From an uncultured Gammaproteobacteria bacterium (lineage in GTDB: Bacteria; Patescibacteriota; Microgenomatia; Levybacterales; UBA12049), in the NCBI GenBank assembly GCA_964598355.1, contig CAZRBN010000002.1:1-46611 (forward strand): DNA of 46,611 nucleotides. Direction: 5' to 3'. The position numbers and the translations under genes are program-made. Positions 9,664 through 17,601 of the stretch are shown in pieces (the first letter of the stretch is position 1; each line of letters starts with the position of its first letter). Below the pieces are notes generated by a model, which saw nothing but the letters and a program-made list of their open reading frames with translations, was not told the DNA's origin and ran no database searches.

Positions 9664-10641
9664 ATGATGAAACGAGGACGATACAATCGTCCTTTTTTGC
9701 ATTTTGCCACCATGGCTGTATTGGGCATTGGTGTCATGATAGCACCACTACTTGCAGACACATATCCATTATTCGCTGCTAGTGGAGCAGGACTTGAAAA
9801 AGCCCCTAGCTCCCAGTCTGAGCAATCTATTGCTGTTGATGAGAATGTTTTTAATACGAAAGAGTCTGAAAAACCTCGATCTCAAATTGTAAAATATACG
9901 GTAGAAAGAGGGGATACTCTTTCTACCATTGCTCAGAAATTTAGTATTTCTGTTGATACGATTCGGTGGCAGAATGATTTGAGTGATGACAGCGTTACTG
10001 TGGGTGATACTCTGGAAATTTTACCAGTGAGTGGTATTGCGTATAAAGTGCAAAAAGGTGATACAGTTTATTCTATTGCCAAGAAGTATGCCACAGACGC
10101 ACAGAAAATCGTCGACTTTCCATTTAATGACTTTGCTAATCCCGAAACATTCTCCCTGGTTGATGGACAAATTGTTATTGTCCCAGACGGCGTAAAGCCC
10201 TCTCCACAATCAACGTATCAAGCACCTACGCCGTCATATGCTTCTGTACCTCAAACATCCAATCAGATTCCTTCTGGTGGCGGATTTATTTGGCCTATAT
10301 TTGGAGATATCACACAGTACTTTACGTGGTATCACACTGGTCTTGATATTGCCGGTCCTGTTGGTACCCCAATTTATGCAGCAAAATCTGGAACAGTTAT
10401 GGAAGCATCTTGTGGCTGGAATTGGGGATATGGGTGTCATGTCCTTATGAATAACGGTGGATCTTTCTCAACAATGTATGCACATATGGTAACTCAGCCA
10501 TCAGTGAGTGTTGGGCAGTCGGTAGGGCAGGGACAGCTCATTGGATATAGAGGGAATACTGGGCGTTCGACTGGTCCCCACACTCATTTTGAAATCAGAA
10601 TTAACGGACATGTTGTTAATCCACTTCCGTATTTGAGATAG
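9664..10641 (+). CDS. LysM-domain M23 family metallopeptidase (peptidoglycan hydrolase)
   Basis: Two LysM repeats (YTVERGDTLSTIAQKF, YKVQKGDTVYSIAKKY) are followed by M23 motifs (HTGLDIAG; GNTGRSTGPHTHFEI). The start is uncertain: the ORF is open from TTG 9481, and ATGs lie at 9622 and 9664. I chose 9664 because it gives a short basic N-terminus followed directly by the TM helix. Confidence 0.85.
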   Translation: MMKRGRYNRPFLHFATMAVLGIGVMIAPLLADTYPLFAASGAGLEKAPSSQSEQSIAVDENVFNTKESEKPRSQIVKYTVERGDTLSTIAQKFSISVDTIRWQNDLSDDSVTVGDTLEILPVSGIAYKVQKGDTVYSIAKKYATDAQKIVDFPFNDFANPETFSLVDGQIVIVPDGVKPSPQSTYQAPTPSYASVPQTSNQIPSGGGFIWPIFGDITQYFTWYHTGLDIAGPVGTPIYAAKSGTVMEASCGWNWGYGCHVLMNNGGSFSTMYAHMVTQPSVSVGQSVGQGQLIGYRGNTGRSTGPHTHFEIRINGHVVNPLPYLR

Positions 10642-10728
10642 CTTCACCTCAGTAGCTAGTAGTAAGTAGTTTCGGATTTCTGTTTATGTATACTAGATAC
10701 AAAATACCATATACTAAATACTAATTTG

Positions 10729-10799
10729 GGGCCTATGGTTGAACGGTACAACGCAGCATTCGCATTGCTGAAGTCCGGGTTCAATTCCCGGTAGGTCCA
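10729..10799 (+). tRNA. tRNA-Ala (anticodon CGC)
   Basis: Hand-folded cloverleaf. Acceptor GGGCCTA/TAGGTCC with the G3:U70 alanine identity pair. D-arm GTTG-AACGGTA-CAAC. Anticodon arm CAGCA-TTCGCAT-TGCTG. T-arm CCGGG-TTCAATT-CCCGG. Discriminator A. CCA is not encoded. Confidence 0.85.
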
Positions 10800-10879
10800 C
10801 TAGGGTAAGTATTTAGTGTATTGATTGAATTACCTCTTTATACTCAGTACAAAATACCATATACTAGATACTCATTCTG

Positions 10880-10955
10880 GGGCCTGTAGCGTAATGGTTA
10901 TCGCGTGACTATGGCATAGTCAAGACTAGGGGTCCGATTCCCCTCAGGTCCACCA
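10880..10955 (+). tRNA. tRNA-Ala (anticodon GGC), CCA encoded
   Basis: Acceptor GGGCCTG/CAGGTCC with G3:U70. The anticodon arm TGACT-ATGGCAT-AGTCA has the same AUGGCAU loop as E. coli tRNA-Ala(GGC). T-arm AGGGG-TCCGATT-CCCCT. Discriminator A followed by CCA (10953-10955). Confidence 0.85.
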
Positions 10956-11089
10956 AGCTAATTTAGGCACATTTTTCTCACACCATTTGTCTTTCTTGAC
11001 CATTTCTGATATACTACACGTAGTATTTCTCCATGGGTTGCCTTCTCAAAGGAAAAACACCGGGAAAATCGAGAGGAGGTGACTCACAC

Positions 11090-11389
11090 ATGCAAGATCA
11101 AACATTAACCTGCGCAGATTGCGGAAAGCAATTTACTTGGACAGCATCCGAACAACAGTTCTATCAACAAAAAGGATTTACAAATCCTCCAAAACGATGT
11201 CCTGATTGTCGAGCAGCTAAGAAATCCCGAATGGGAGATAATCGAGGCGGCGGATTCAGTAGTGGACCTAGACAGTCCTTTCAAATTACTTGTGCAAATT
11301 GTGGCAAATCTGATACTGTTCCTTTTCAACCAAAAGGTGACCGACCAGTTTTGTGCCGCGATTGCTTTAGACAGCAAAACGCACGATAA
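11090..11389 (+). CDS. double zinc-ribbon protein (CxxC-x17-CxxC type)
   Basis: Two zinc-ribbon units: CADCG...CPDCR and CANCG...CRDCF. A strong GGAGG (11075-11079) lies 10 nt before ATG 11090. The longer ORF from 11033 lacks such a site. Confidence 0.8.
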   Translation: MQDQTLTCADCGKQFTWTASEQQFYQQKGFTNPPKRCPDCRAAKKSRMGDNRGGGFSSGPRQSFQITCANCGKSDTVPFQPKGDRPVLCRDCFRQQNAR

Positions 11390-11393
11390 TTTA

Positions 11394-11548
11394 TTTGTCA
11401 TTCCGGATATGCATGTCATTCTGAATTAGTCCTGAGTTTTATCGAAGGGCTCATCTAGAACCTGCATACCATCCGTGAACAGTAGATTATGACTACCTCA
11501 GCCTTGTGGTTGATGTACCAGAATGACAGTTATGTTCAGGATGACAAA
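11394..11548. repeat. 155-bp element bounded by 30-nt imperfect terminal inverted repeats (MITE-like or structured RNA)
   Basis: 11394-11423 (TTTGTCATTCCGGATATGCATGTCATTCTG) pairs with 11519-11548 at 23 Watson-Crick plus 4 G:U of 30 positions. Each arm carries two GTCATYCTGRA-like units 18 nt apart. Confidence 0.5.
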
Positions 11549-11581
11549 GAAAAAATACCCTCAGTAATGAGGGTATTTTTG
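11549..11581. terminator. bidirectional intrinsic terminator between convergent genes
   Basis: AAAAA-ATACCCTCA-GTAA-TGAGGGTAT-TTTT: a 9-bp stem flanked by an A-run and a T-run. It lies between the + strand zinc-ribbon gene and the - strand gene ending at 11681. Confidence 0.7.
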
Positions 11582-11680
11582 TGGAAAAGATACCAGTATC
11601 TGTAAGTGAAAGTAGAGAGAAACGAAGCATTAGTATGCGCAATTAGTACTGCTTAGTACGAATTTTTAAATTCTAAATCT

Positions 11681-13753
11681 CTACTTGGTAGGAGTTGGGG
11701 TAACCAGGGGGAGTTGTTCTTTTTGTGTAGGAATGGTTGTCTGAGTCTGTGGGAGAGACAATTGTTGTTGTGCTGCGACAGGTGTTACTTTTGGAGTAGG
11801 AGGTGTCGTGGCTGCTGCTTGCCCTCCGCTCAATTTTGCTTGCATATCTGCTAATTCTTTGGCTACTTTATCATTATTTTGCTTATCAGCTGCAACGAGT
11901 TGCTTGACTACCTGGAGTGCTGCGACTGCATTTTGATAGTCTTGCTTTTGCTGGTATGCATGAGCCAAATTGTAGTATGCATTTGCATAGTCTTGCTTTA
12001 GGTTAGCAGCAATTTGGAATTGTCTAATGGCATTATCATATTGTCCCAGTTGGTAATAAAGTCCTCCAAGGGTTAAGTATTCCTGTGGATTGGTTGGGTC
12101 TAGCGTTACTGCTTGTTGTGTTGCAGCAATTGCAAAACTATCTGCATTTTGTCCTACGCCAATAAGAGTACGGTAAATAGAGGCAAGATTTTGCCATTCA
12201 ATAACAGAAGTAGGCGAGAGTGTGGTTGCTGCTTTTCCAGCAGTGATTGCCTGCTGAATTAAGGTAAATGCTGTTTGTTGGGTCTGAGCACTTGGAGAAC
12301 CATTTTTTGATGTCAGGAGTAACAGCGAATTGGAAAGTGCTATATTAGTTTGTGAAAAGATACGGTAGTATCCACTACGATATGGAAAGGTAGTAATCGC
12401 TTGTGTTTCTAATCTGTAGGCAGCTGTTCCATTATTATTACTTGCTGCGACTAACGCACTTTGGAAAGTAATATCTGAAATGGCAAAGGTTGTTGTGTAA
12501 AATCCTAGGAAAACAACAACGGCAAGAAGGAATACAAAAGCAAAGAGGGGAGTCAGATTGTTTCTTCGTGGCTTTTCTTCTGCTGGTTGAGTGAAACTGA
12601 ATATTCCTTTTTTGAGTGCAACAAATTGGAATTCTACATCAAAGAAGTTGTGAGAATCTCTGTGAGATTGTGCAAGAGTAAATAGTGCAAGTAAGATAAA
12701 GAGTAAGGCAATCAACGTGAAGGATAATGGTAAGACAAAAGAAATTGCCATAAGCAGAAGGAGTGCAAAATATGTTGGATTTTGTGTTTTGAGGCCCTTA
12801 TATGTGACCAATTTTACAATCAGGAAAATGTAAGCAAGGATACCAATAATACCTGTTGTTGCCAAAAGCTCGAGTATAAAGCTTGATGATGACCCAAAGG
12901 TAAGGTACCATAATGGATTTACATTGAAGGAAATTGGTTTGAATTTTGTAAAGACATCTGCATAATTCCCAAAACCACTTCCAAAGAAGAATCCTTGAGC
13001 AACCCGCCCTGCATCTTGGGATATTGCTGCAAATCCAGTTTGGAATCCTACTTCAAAAGGAAGAAGACTTGGCTTTTGAGACGTAAAAAGAAGATAAACA
13101 GAGCTGAGCAAACCTACTAAGACGACTCCTCCAAATACGGCAAAGATGCTTCCTTGCGTTGTTTTCTGTTTTTTAAAGAGTGGTATAGCAAGTATTCCGG
13201 CAACAAGTAACAGTACTGCACTATAAATAGCCTGATCGATATAGCTTCCGAAAGGAGTGAAGGTTGCTGAGTGCGTTGAGCTAAAAGGCAACAAATATAC
13301 TTTATAATGGTTGGCAATACTAATAATACTGGCGAGTGCCCCGCCACTTAAGAGGCAAGTGAGTAAAAAGCCGAGGGTGTTTTCTCTCCTCGCTGCGTTG
13401 TTTACAACAAAATATCCCAAAACCAAATAGACAACTGGTAATACAGCGATAAGACTATTCACACGATTAACTGAGAAAAGAGAGGAAAGAACAATTGCTA
13501 CTCCGAAAAGCATGACTGGTAAATCAAATGGCGTTCTACGGATTTTTACTTGACCTTCGAGCATCATCTTCGCTCCCCACATAAGGAGTGAGAGAAGAGT
13601 AACTCCGGCAAAGAGCATTTCTTTTGGAAGAAGTACACCTTCGGTTGTTAACGGTGTAAAGAAAAGGGGAAAGAGAAGTAAAGAGATCCCCCAGACAAAC
13701 AGAAGTCCGGTGTCCAGGTAGGCAGTTAATTGTTGGCGTTTTTCGGGCGACAT
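11681..13753 (-). CDS. O-antigen ligase/polymerase-like (Wzy_C) polytopic membrane protein with C-terminal TPR repeats
   Basis: 690-aa ORF with at least 10 hydrophobic helices. A Wzy_C-like loop (FGSSSSFILELLATTGIIGILAY) and C-terminal TPR units (AIRQFQIAANLKQDYANAYYNLAHAYQQKQDYQNAVAALQ) are present. Confidence 0.85.
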   Translation of the reverse strand: MSPEKRQQLTAYLDTGLLFVWGISLLLFPLFFTPLTTEGVLLPKEMLFAGVTLLSLLMWGAKMMLEGQVKIRRTPFDLPVMLFGVAIVLSSLFSVNRVNSLIAVLPVVYLVLGYFVVNNAARRENTLGFLLTCLLSGGALASIISIANHYKVYLLPFSSTHSATFTPFGSYIDQAIYSAVLLLVAGILAIPLFKKQKTTQGSIFAVFGGVVLVGLLSSVYLLFTSQKPSLLPFEVGFQTGFAAISQDAGRVAQGFFFGSGFGNYADVFTKFKPISFNVNPLWYLTFGSSSSFILELLATTGIIGILAYIFLIVKLVTYKGLKTQNPTYFALLLLMAISFVLPLSFTLIALLFILLALFTLAQSHRDSHNFFDVEFQFVALKKGIFSFTQPAEEKPRRNNLTPLFAFVFLLAVVVFLGFYTTTFAISDITFQSALVAASNNNGTAAYRLETQAITTFPYRSGYYRIFSQTNIALSNSLLLLTSKNGSPSAQTQQTAFTLIQQAITAGKAATTLSPTSVIEWQNLASIYRTLIGVGQNADSFAIAATQQAVTLDPTNPQEYLTLGGLYYQLGQYDNAIRQFQIAANLKQDYANAYYNLAHAYQQKQDYQNAVAALQVVKQLVAADKQNNDKVAKELADMQAKLSGGQAAATTPPTPKVTPVAAQQQLSLPQTQTTIPTQKEQLPLVTPTPTK

Positions 13754-13854
13754 AGAATAGCTTTCAATTATTAGCTCCTAGCTGTTGAGTACTAGATGCT
13801 AAGGAATGTTTGAGTCATTCTAGCGTACAGTCATTATAAGCATAATGTCAAGGA

Positions 13855-14104
13855 TAAATTTTACTATGCATCTTTTGCTCTTTGTTTGACAAGATAGCTT
13901 TCTTTTCTCCATACTCTATCTATGGATCCTGTACCAGTACAATCGACTCCTTTTATTCGTGAAGAAAGCAAGTGGGAGCGAGTGAAAAGCTTTCTTTCTT
14001 CTGTAAAATATCTCTTTGGGGGTTTCCTGACTATTGCGTTAGTTGGAGGGTTAGTAGGGTCTGTTTTCTTGTCTCAGCAAAAACAAGATATTCACCAGCA
14101 TGCA
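13855..14104 (+). repeat. 5' conserved cassette, copy A (promoter plus first ~60 codons)
   Basis: Aligns with 15776-16027. By hand count, 52/54 nt are identical upstream (13855-13908 vs 15776-15829) and 50/60 in the first 60 coding nt. Confidence 0.85.
13886..13915 (+). promoter_or_regulatory. promoter of the GH26-dockerin gene (near-leaderless)
   Basis: TTGACAAGATAG (-35 at 13886-13891), 18-nt spacer, CATACT (13910-13915). ATG 13922 lies 7 nt after the -10, and no Shine-Dalgarno sequence is present. Confidence 0.5.
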
Positions 14105-15634
14105 TATGATACTAGTTGGCCTGGCAATATCTATTTTGGTGTCGTTGTACCAAATTTATATGGAGGGAGTTTGTTTGATCTTACCAGTTTTGAACAAATG
14201 GTTAATAAGCGTGTTTCTATTGTTTTAAACTATTACTCGTGGAATATAACCAGCCAAAATGGAGGTTGGCAATTAGATACAAATTTTCTTAATACAGTAC
14301 GCAATCATGGATCCATTCCTATGGTTGCCTGGTATTCAAGAGAAGACGCCTCTTCAGATCAATCCGCGTACCAATTACGAAATATTTATAATGGTAAGTT
14401 TGATGGTTATATCAGACGATGGGCAACAGATGCCAAGAATTGGGGTCATCCATTTTTCCTCCGATTTGATAGTGAGATGAATGGAGATTGGACAGCCTGG
14501 TGTGATTGTTCTAATGGAAACAGTAAAGGAGATTATGTAAAAGCATGGCGTCATGTTCATGATATTTTTACACAAGTGGGTGCGACAAACGTTATGTGGG
14601 TGTGGGATGTTAATATTGAATTTGCGGGGATAAGCTCGATTAATTATCTCTATCCCGGTGATGTGTACGTTGATTGGGTGGGAATGAATGGATACAATAA
14701 TGGCACTGCATTTTCCGGTAGTTCTTGGCAGAGTTTTTATCAAGTCTTCTATCAGACGTATGTGGACTTACAAGCAATTACTTCCAAACCAATCATGATT
14801 GGGGAAATGGGATCTGCAGAAAAAGGAGGTAATAAGGCAAACTGGATAAGCGATATGCTCTATGCACAATTAGTAACAAATTTTACCAAAGTAAAAGCAG
14901 TTATCTGGTTTGACTTGAATAAAGAAACAGATTGGAGAGTTGATTCCTCAACCACATCTCTACAAGCCTTCAAAGATGCAATTCAAGAACCAATGTATGC
15001 ACAAAATACATTTGGGGATGTATCTTCTCCTATTACTCCTTTGAAGCAAGTTGGTACCAGACCTACACAGTTATATGCTGATTGTAGCAAAAACACATCT
15101 GTCTGTGGTGGTATGACGTGTTCATCAGTTCCATTTGGCAGTGGAAAAGGGTGTGAAGTGCAAACATGGGGTGATTGTAGCTTTGGCGCAGGGGCATGTG
15201 CTGGTGGGCTTACCTGCGCAACTGTTGATTTTGGTACGCAGCGTGCATGTGTTCCTCATTCTTCCATCTCAACACCTACTCCAACAAATACCCGTGCTCC
15301 TACTCCGACACCTATTCCTACATCTAGACCTACACCTACATCTACGCCTACTCCAACAGGAAGTCCAACGCCAACTCTAACAGGTGATCCTTCAAGGAGT
15401 CCGACCCCTACTCCAAGCGCGTCTCCAACATCAACTCCAAAAGAGAAAGTAGGAGATATTAATCACGACGGAGTAGTGAATATTGTTGATTATCGGCTAC
15501 TTATGGATTGTTATGGAAGTAAATTTCATACTGCTTCCTGTACTGCAGGATCTGCTGCTGATTTAAATGGAGATGGAGTAGTTGATGGTATTGATTACAA
15601 TATCCTCCTTCGAGCAATGATTGGAAACCAGTAA
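13922..15634 (+). CDS. membrane-anchored GH26-family glycoside hydrolase (beta-mannanase-like) with Cys-rich module, Pro/Thr linker and C-terminal dockerin
   Basis: N-terminal TM (LFGGFLTIALVGGLVGSVFL). GH26 acid/base motif FFLRFDSEMNGDWTAW and nucleophile motif PIMIGEMGS. A PT-rich linker precedes two dockerin Ca-binding repeats (GDINHDGVVNIVD; ADLNGDGVVDGID). Confidence 0.85.
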   Translation: MDPVPVQSTPFIREESKWERVKSFLSSVKYLFGGFLTIALVGGLVGSVFLSQQKQDIHQHAYDTSWPGNIYFGVVVPNLYGGSLFDLTSFEQMVNKRVSIVLNYYSWNITSQNGGWQLDTNFLNTVRNHGSIPMVAWYSREDASSDQSAYQLRNIYNGKFDGYIRRWATDAKNWGHPFFLRFDSEMNGDWTAWCDCSNGNSKGDYVKAWRHVHDIFTQVGATNVMWVWDVNIEFAGISSINYLYPGDVYVDWVGMNGYNNGTAFSGSSWQSFYQVFYQTYVDLQAITSKPIMIGEMGSAEKGGNKANWISDMLYAQLVTNFTKVKAVIWFDLNKETDWRVDSSTTSLQAFKDAIQEPMYAQNTFGDVSSPITPLKQVGTRPTQLYADCSKNTSVCGGMTCSSVPFGSGKGCEVQTWGDCSFGAGACAGGLTCATVDFGTQRACVPHSSISTPTPTNTRAPTPTPIPTSRPTPTSTPTPTGSPTPTLTGDPSRSPTPTPSASPTSTPKEKVGDINHDGVVNIVDYRLLMDCYGSKFHTASCTAGSAADLNGDGVVDGIDYNILLRAMIGNQ

Positions 15635-15640
15635 AAGTTA
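15452..15640 (+). repeat. 3' conserved cassette, copy A (dockerin module)
   Basis: Aligns without gaps to 17378-17567. The dockerin-coding DNA and stop context are clearly homologous, while the catalytic cores between the cassettes are unrelated. Confidence 0.8.
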
Positions 15641-15775
15641 ATAGTTAGTATCTAAAACTCATTTCAAAACTTAGTTTTATTCTTCGAGCGAATCTGCCAG
15701 CTGGCGGATGAGTCGAGAAGCTTACGATAAAATAGTTCTTGACTGCGGAGACGATGCCTCCCTACGCTCGAATAG

Positions 15776-16027
15776 TAAATTTTACCATGCATCTTTTGCT
15801 CTTTGTTTGACAAGATAGCCTTCTTTTCTGCATTATATATAATATATGGGTCCTATACCACAACAATCGACTCCTTTTATTCATGAAGAGAGTAGGTGGG
15901 AGAAAGTGAGAAGCTTTCTTTCTTCTGTAAGATATCTCTTTGGGGGTTTTCTGGCTATTACGTTAGTCGGCGGATTGGTAGTATCTGTTTTCTTGTCTCA
16001 GCAAAAACAAACTATCCAACAGCATGC
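15776..16027 (+). repeat. 5' conserved cassette, copy B
   Basis: Homologous to 13855-14104 (see copy A). Confidence 0.85.
15807..15836 (+). promoter_or_regulatory. promoter of the second glycosidase-dockerin gene (short or no leader)
   Basis: TTGACAAGATAG (-35 at 15807-15812), 18-nt spacer, CATTAT (15831-15836). ATG 15846 lies 9 nt after the -10, and no Shine-Dalgarno sequence is present. Confidence 0.45.
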
Positions 16028-17561
16028 CTCTTCAAATTATACCCCTCCTGATGGACAAGGAGTCTATGATTCCTGTGGAGCATCGTGTTTGGGAAATTTA
16101 GATAAATTTTCTTCAGCCGGATTTAAACTTGTTTTGGATTACAGCATTTGGGGAAGTAGTACGACCCCAGCAGATATACAAAAATATGCTGAGAGAGCAG
16201 CGCAGGATAATATAAAAATTATATGGTCTCTGAAGGATATGTGGACAGATAAATGGACGACAGTTGACAGTTATACCAATCTTGTCTCTGCCTGTGGGTG
16301 TCATGATAAATTGAGTTTGACAAGGTATTTAGTTACATTGGTTAAAAATTACCCTGCAACGTGGGGATATTATGTTGCTGATGAGCCATCTTCGGGAGAC
16401 TATGGAGCTGTTGCAAATCTCAGTAGTACTATCCATACAACAGACCCCAATCATCCGCGTCTTATTATCAAATTGGATGCACTGACCAATAGCAACGCAG
16501 GGAATGTAGGTAACTTGGCGCAGTTTACTCCACTTGCAGAGGTAGTAGGAGAGGACTGGTATCCTATCAGTTATAACCAAAATATAGGCGCAACAGGGTC
16601 GATTGCCTCAGCAGTACAAGGGGTAGCAAATAGTCATGGAAGAAATAGTGCAATGGTTTTGGAAGTAAATAGTGGGAACAGTTCGGATTATATTCATGCA
16701 ACGCAATATCCATCCTTGACAGATATGGAAGTCATGCTTACTATGACGCTCCAGAATTCGCAACCCAGACTGGTTTTGTGGTATTGGGCTCCGGGATTAT
16801 CTGATGGGCAGTGGAACAACTTGGTCACAGCAAGCAAGTATCCTTTTCAGGGACAAGGAACATACCATCAATGCTCCCAAACCAATGGCGGATGTGCCAT
16901 GAATTATCCTTACTTTACCGATCTTACCATTGTCAAAAGTCCCGACGGTTCTGGAGGATATAATTATTCTTGTACTAACCCTCAAACAGCCTCAATAGGG
17001 GAATGTATGTATCCAGCTAATGTAAGTTGTTCTAATCACGGCGGACTGGCACAGCAGTACTCACAATGCTCAAGAACAGTAGGTGGGTGTGCGTATGATT
17101 TTGCGAGTGGTGTAGTATTACAGGTACAACACTGTAAGGATGGAACATATATTTGTCCGGCAAATCTAGCAAAAGTTATTCCTGGTCAATGTGGGATTCC
17201 TGGTCCTACACTCACACCTACTTCTGTCCCAACACCAACGTCTGCATCTACACCCACTCCTACTTCAGTACCGGCATTTACACCTACCCCGACACCAACT
17301 CCTTCGACAGGCTCAGGGTCTCCGACACCTACTCCTTCACAGGGTGCGTCTCCAACTCCAACTGGAGCTGCGATACAGGGGGATATTGACCACGATGGGG
17401 TAGTGGATATTGTTGATTATCGGTTGCTTATGGCATGCTTTGGGGATAAGTTTAAAACACCTTCCTGTACTGCAGGAAGTGCTGCTGATTTAAATGGAGA
17501 CGGATTAGTTGATGGCATAGATTACAATATTCTCCTTAGGGCAATGATAGGAAACCAGTAA
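15846..17561 (+). CDS. membrane-anchored TIM-barrel glycosidase-like protein (family unassigned) with Cys-rich modules, Pro/Thr linker and C-terminal dockerin
   Basis: Its N-terminal ~55 aa are almost identical to those of the upstream paralogue. The core carries WGYYVADEP (clan GH-A-like NEP-type motif) and VVGEDWYP. A PT linker precedes dockerin repeats GDIDHDGVVDIVD and ADLNGDGLVDGID. Confidence 0.8.
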   Translation: MGPIPQQSTPFIHEESRWEKVRSFLSSVRYLFGGFLAITLVGGLVVSVFLSQQKQTIQQHASSNYTPPDGQGVYDSCGASCLGNLDKFSSAGFKLVLDYSIWGSSTTPADIQKYAERAAQDNIKIIWSLKDMWTDKWTTVDSYTNLVSACGCHDKLSLTRYLVTLVKNYPATWGYYVADEPSSGDYGAVANLSSTIHTTDPNHPRLIIKLDALTNSNAGNVGNLAQFTPLAEVVGEDWYPISYNQNIGATGSIASAVQGVANSHGRNSAMVLEVNSGNSSDYIHATQYPSLTDMEVMLTMTLQNSQPRLVLWYWAPGLSDGQWNNLVTASKYPFQGQGTYHQCSQTNGGCAMNYPYFTDLTIVKSPDGSGGYNYSCTNPQTASIGECMYPANVSCSNHGGLAQQYSQCSRTVGGCAYDFASGVVLQVQHCKDGTYICPANLAKVIPGQCGIPGPTLTPTSVPTPTSASTPTPTSVPAFTPTPTPTPSTGSGSPTPTPSQGASPTPTGAAIQGDIDHDGVVDIVDYRLLMACFGDKFKTPSCTAGSAADLNGDGLVDGIDYNILLRAMIGNQ

Positions 17562-17567
17562 AGGTTG
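17378..17567 (+). repeat. 3' conserved cassette, copy B (dockerin module)
   Basis: Homologous to 15452-15640. Confidence 0.8.
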
Positions 17568-17601
17568 AATTCAAAATGGTTTAGCAGTTTCTTAAAGGAT
17601 A

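Noticed and set aside
15838-15843. A perfect TATAAT hexamer immediately upstream of ATG 15846.
   Set aside because: It is 25 nt from the TTGACA, which is too far. It would also start transcription inside the coding sequence. CATTAT at 18-nt spacing is the consistent choice and matches the paralogue.
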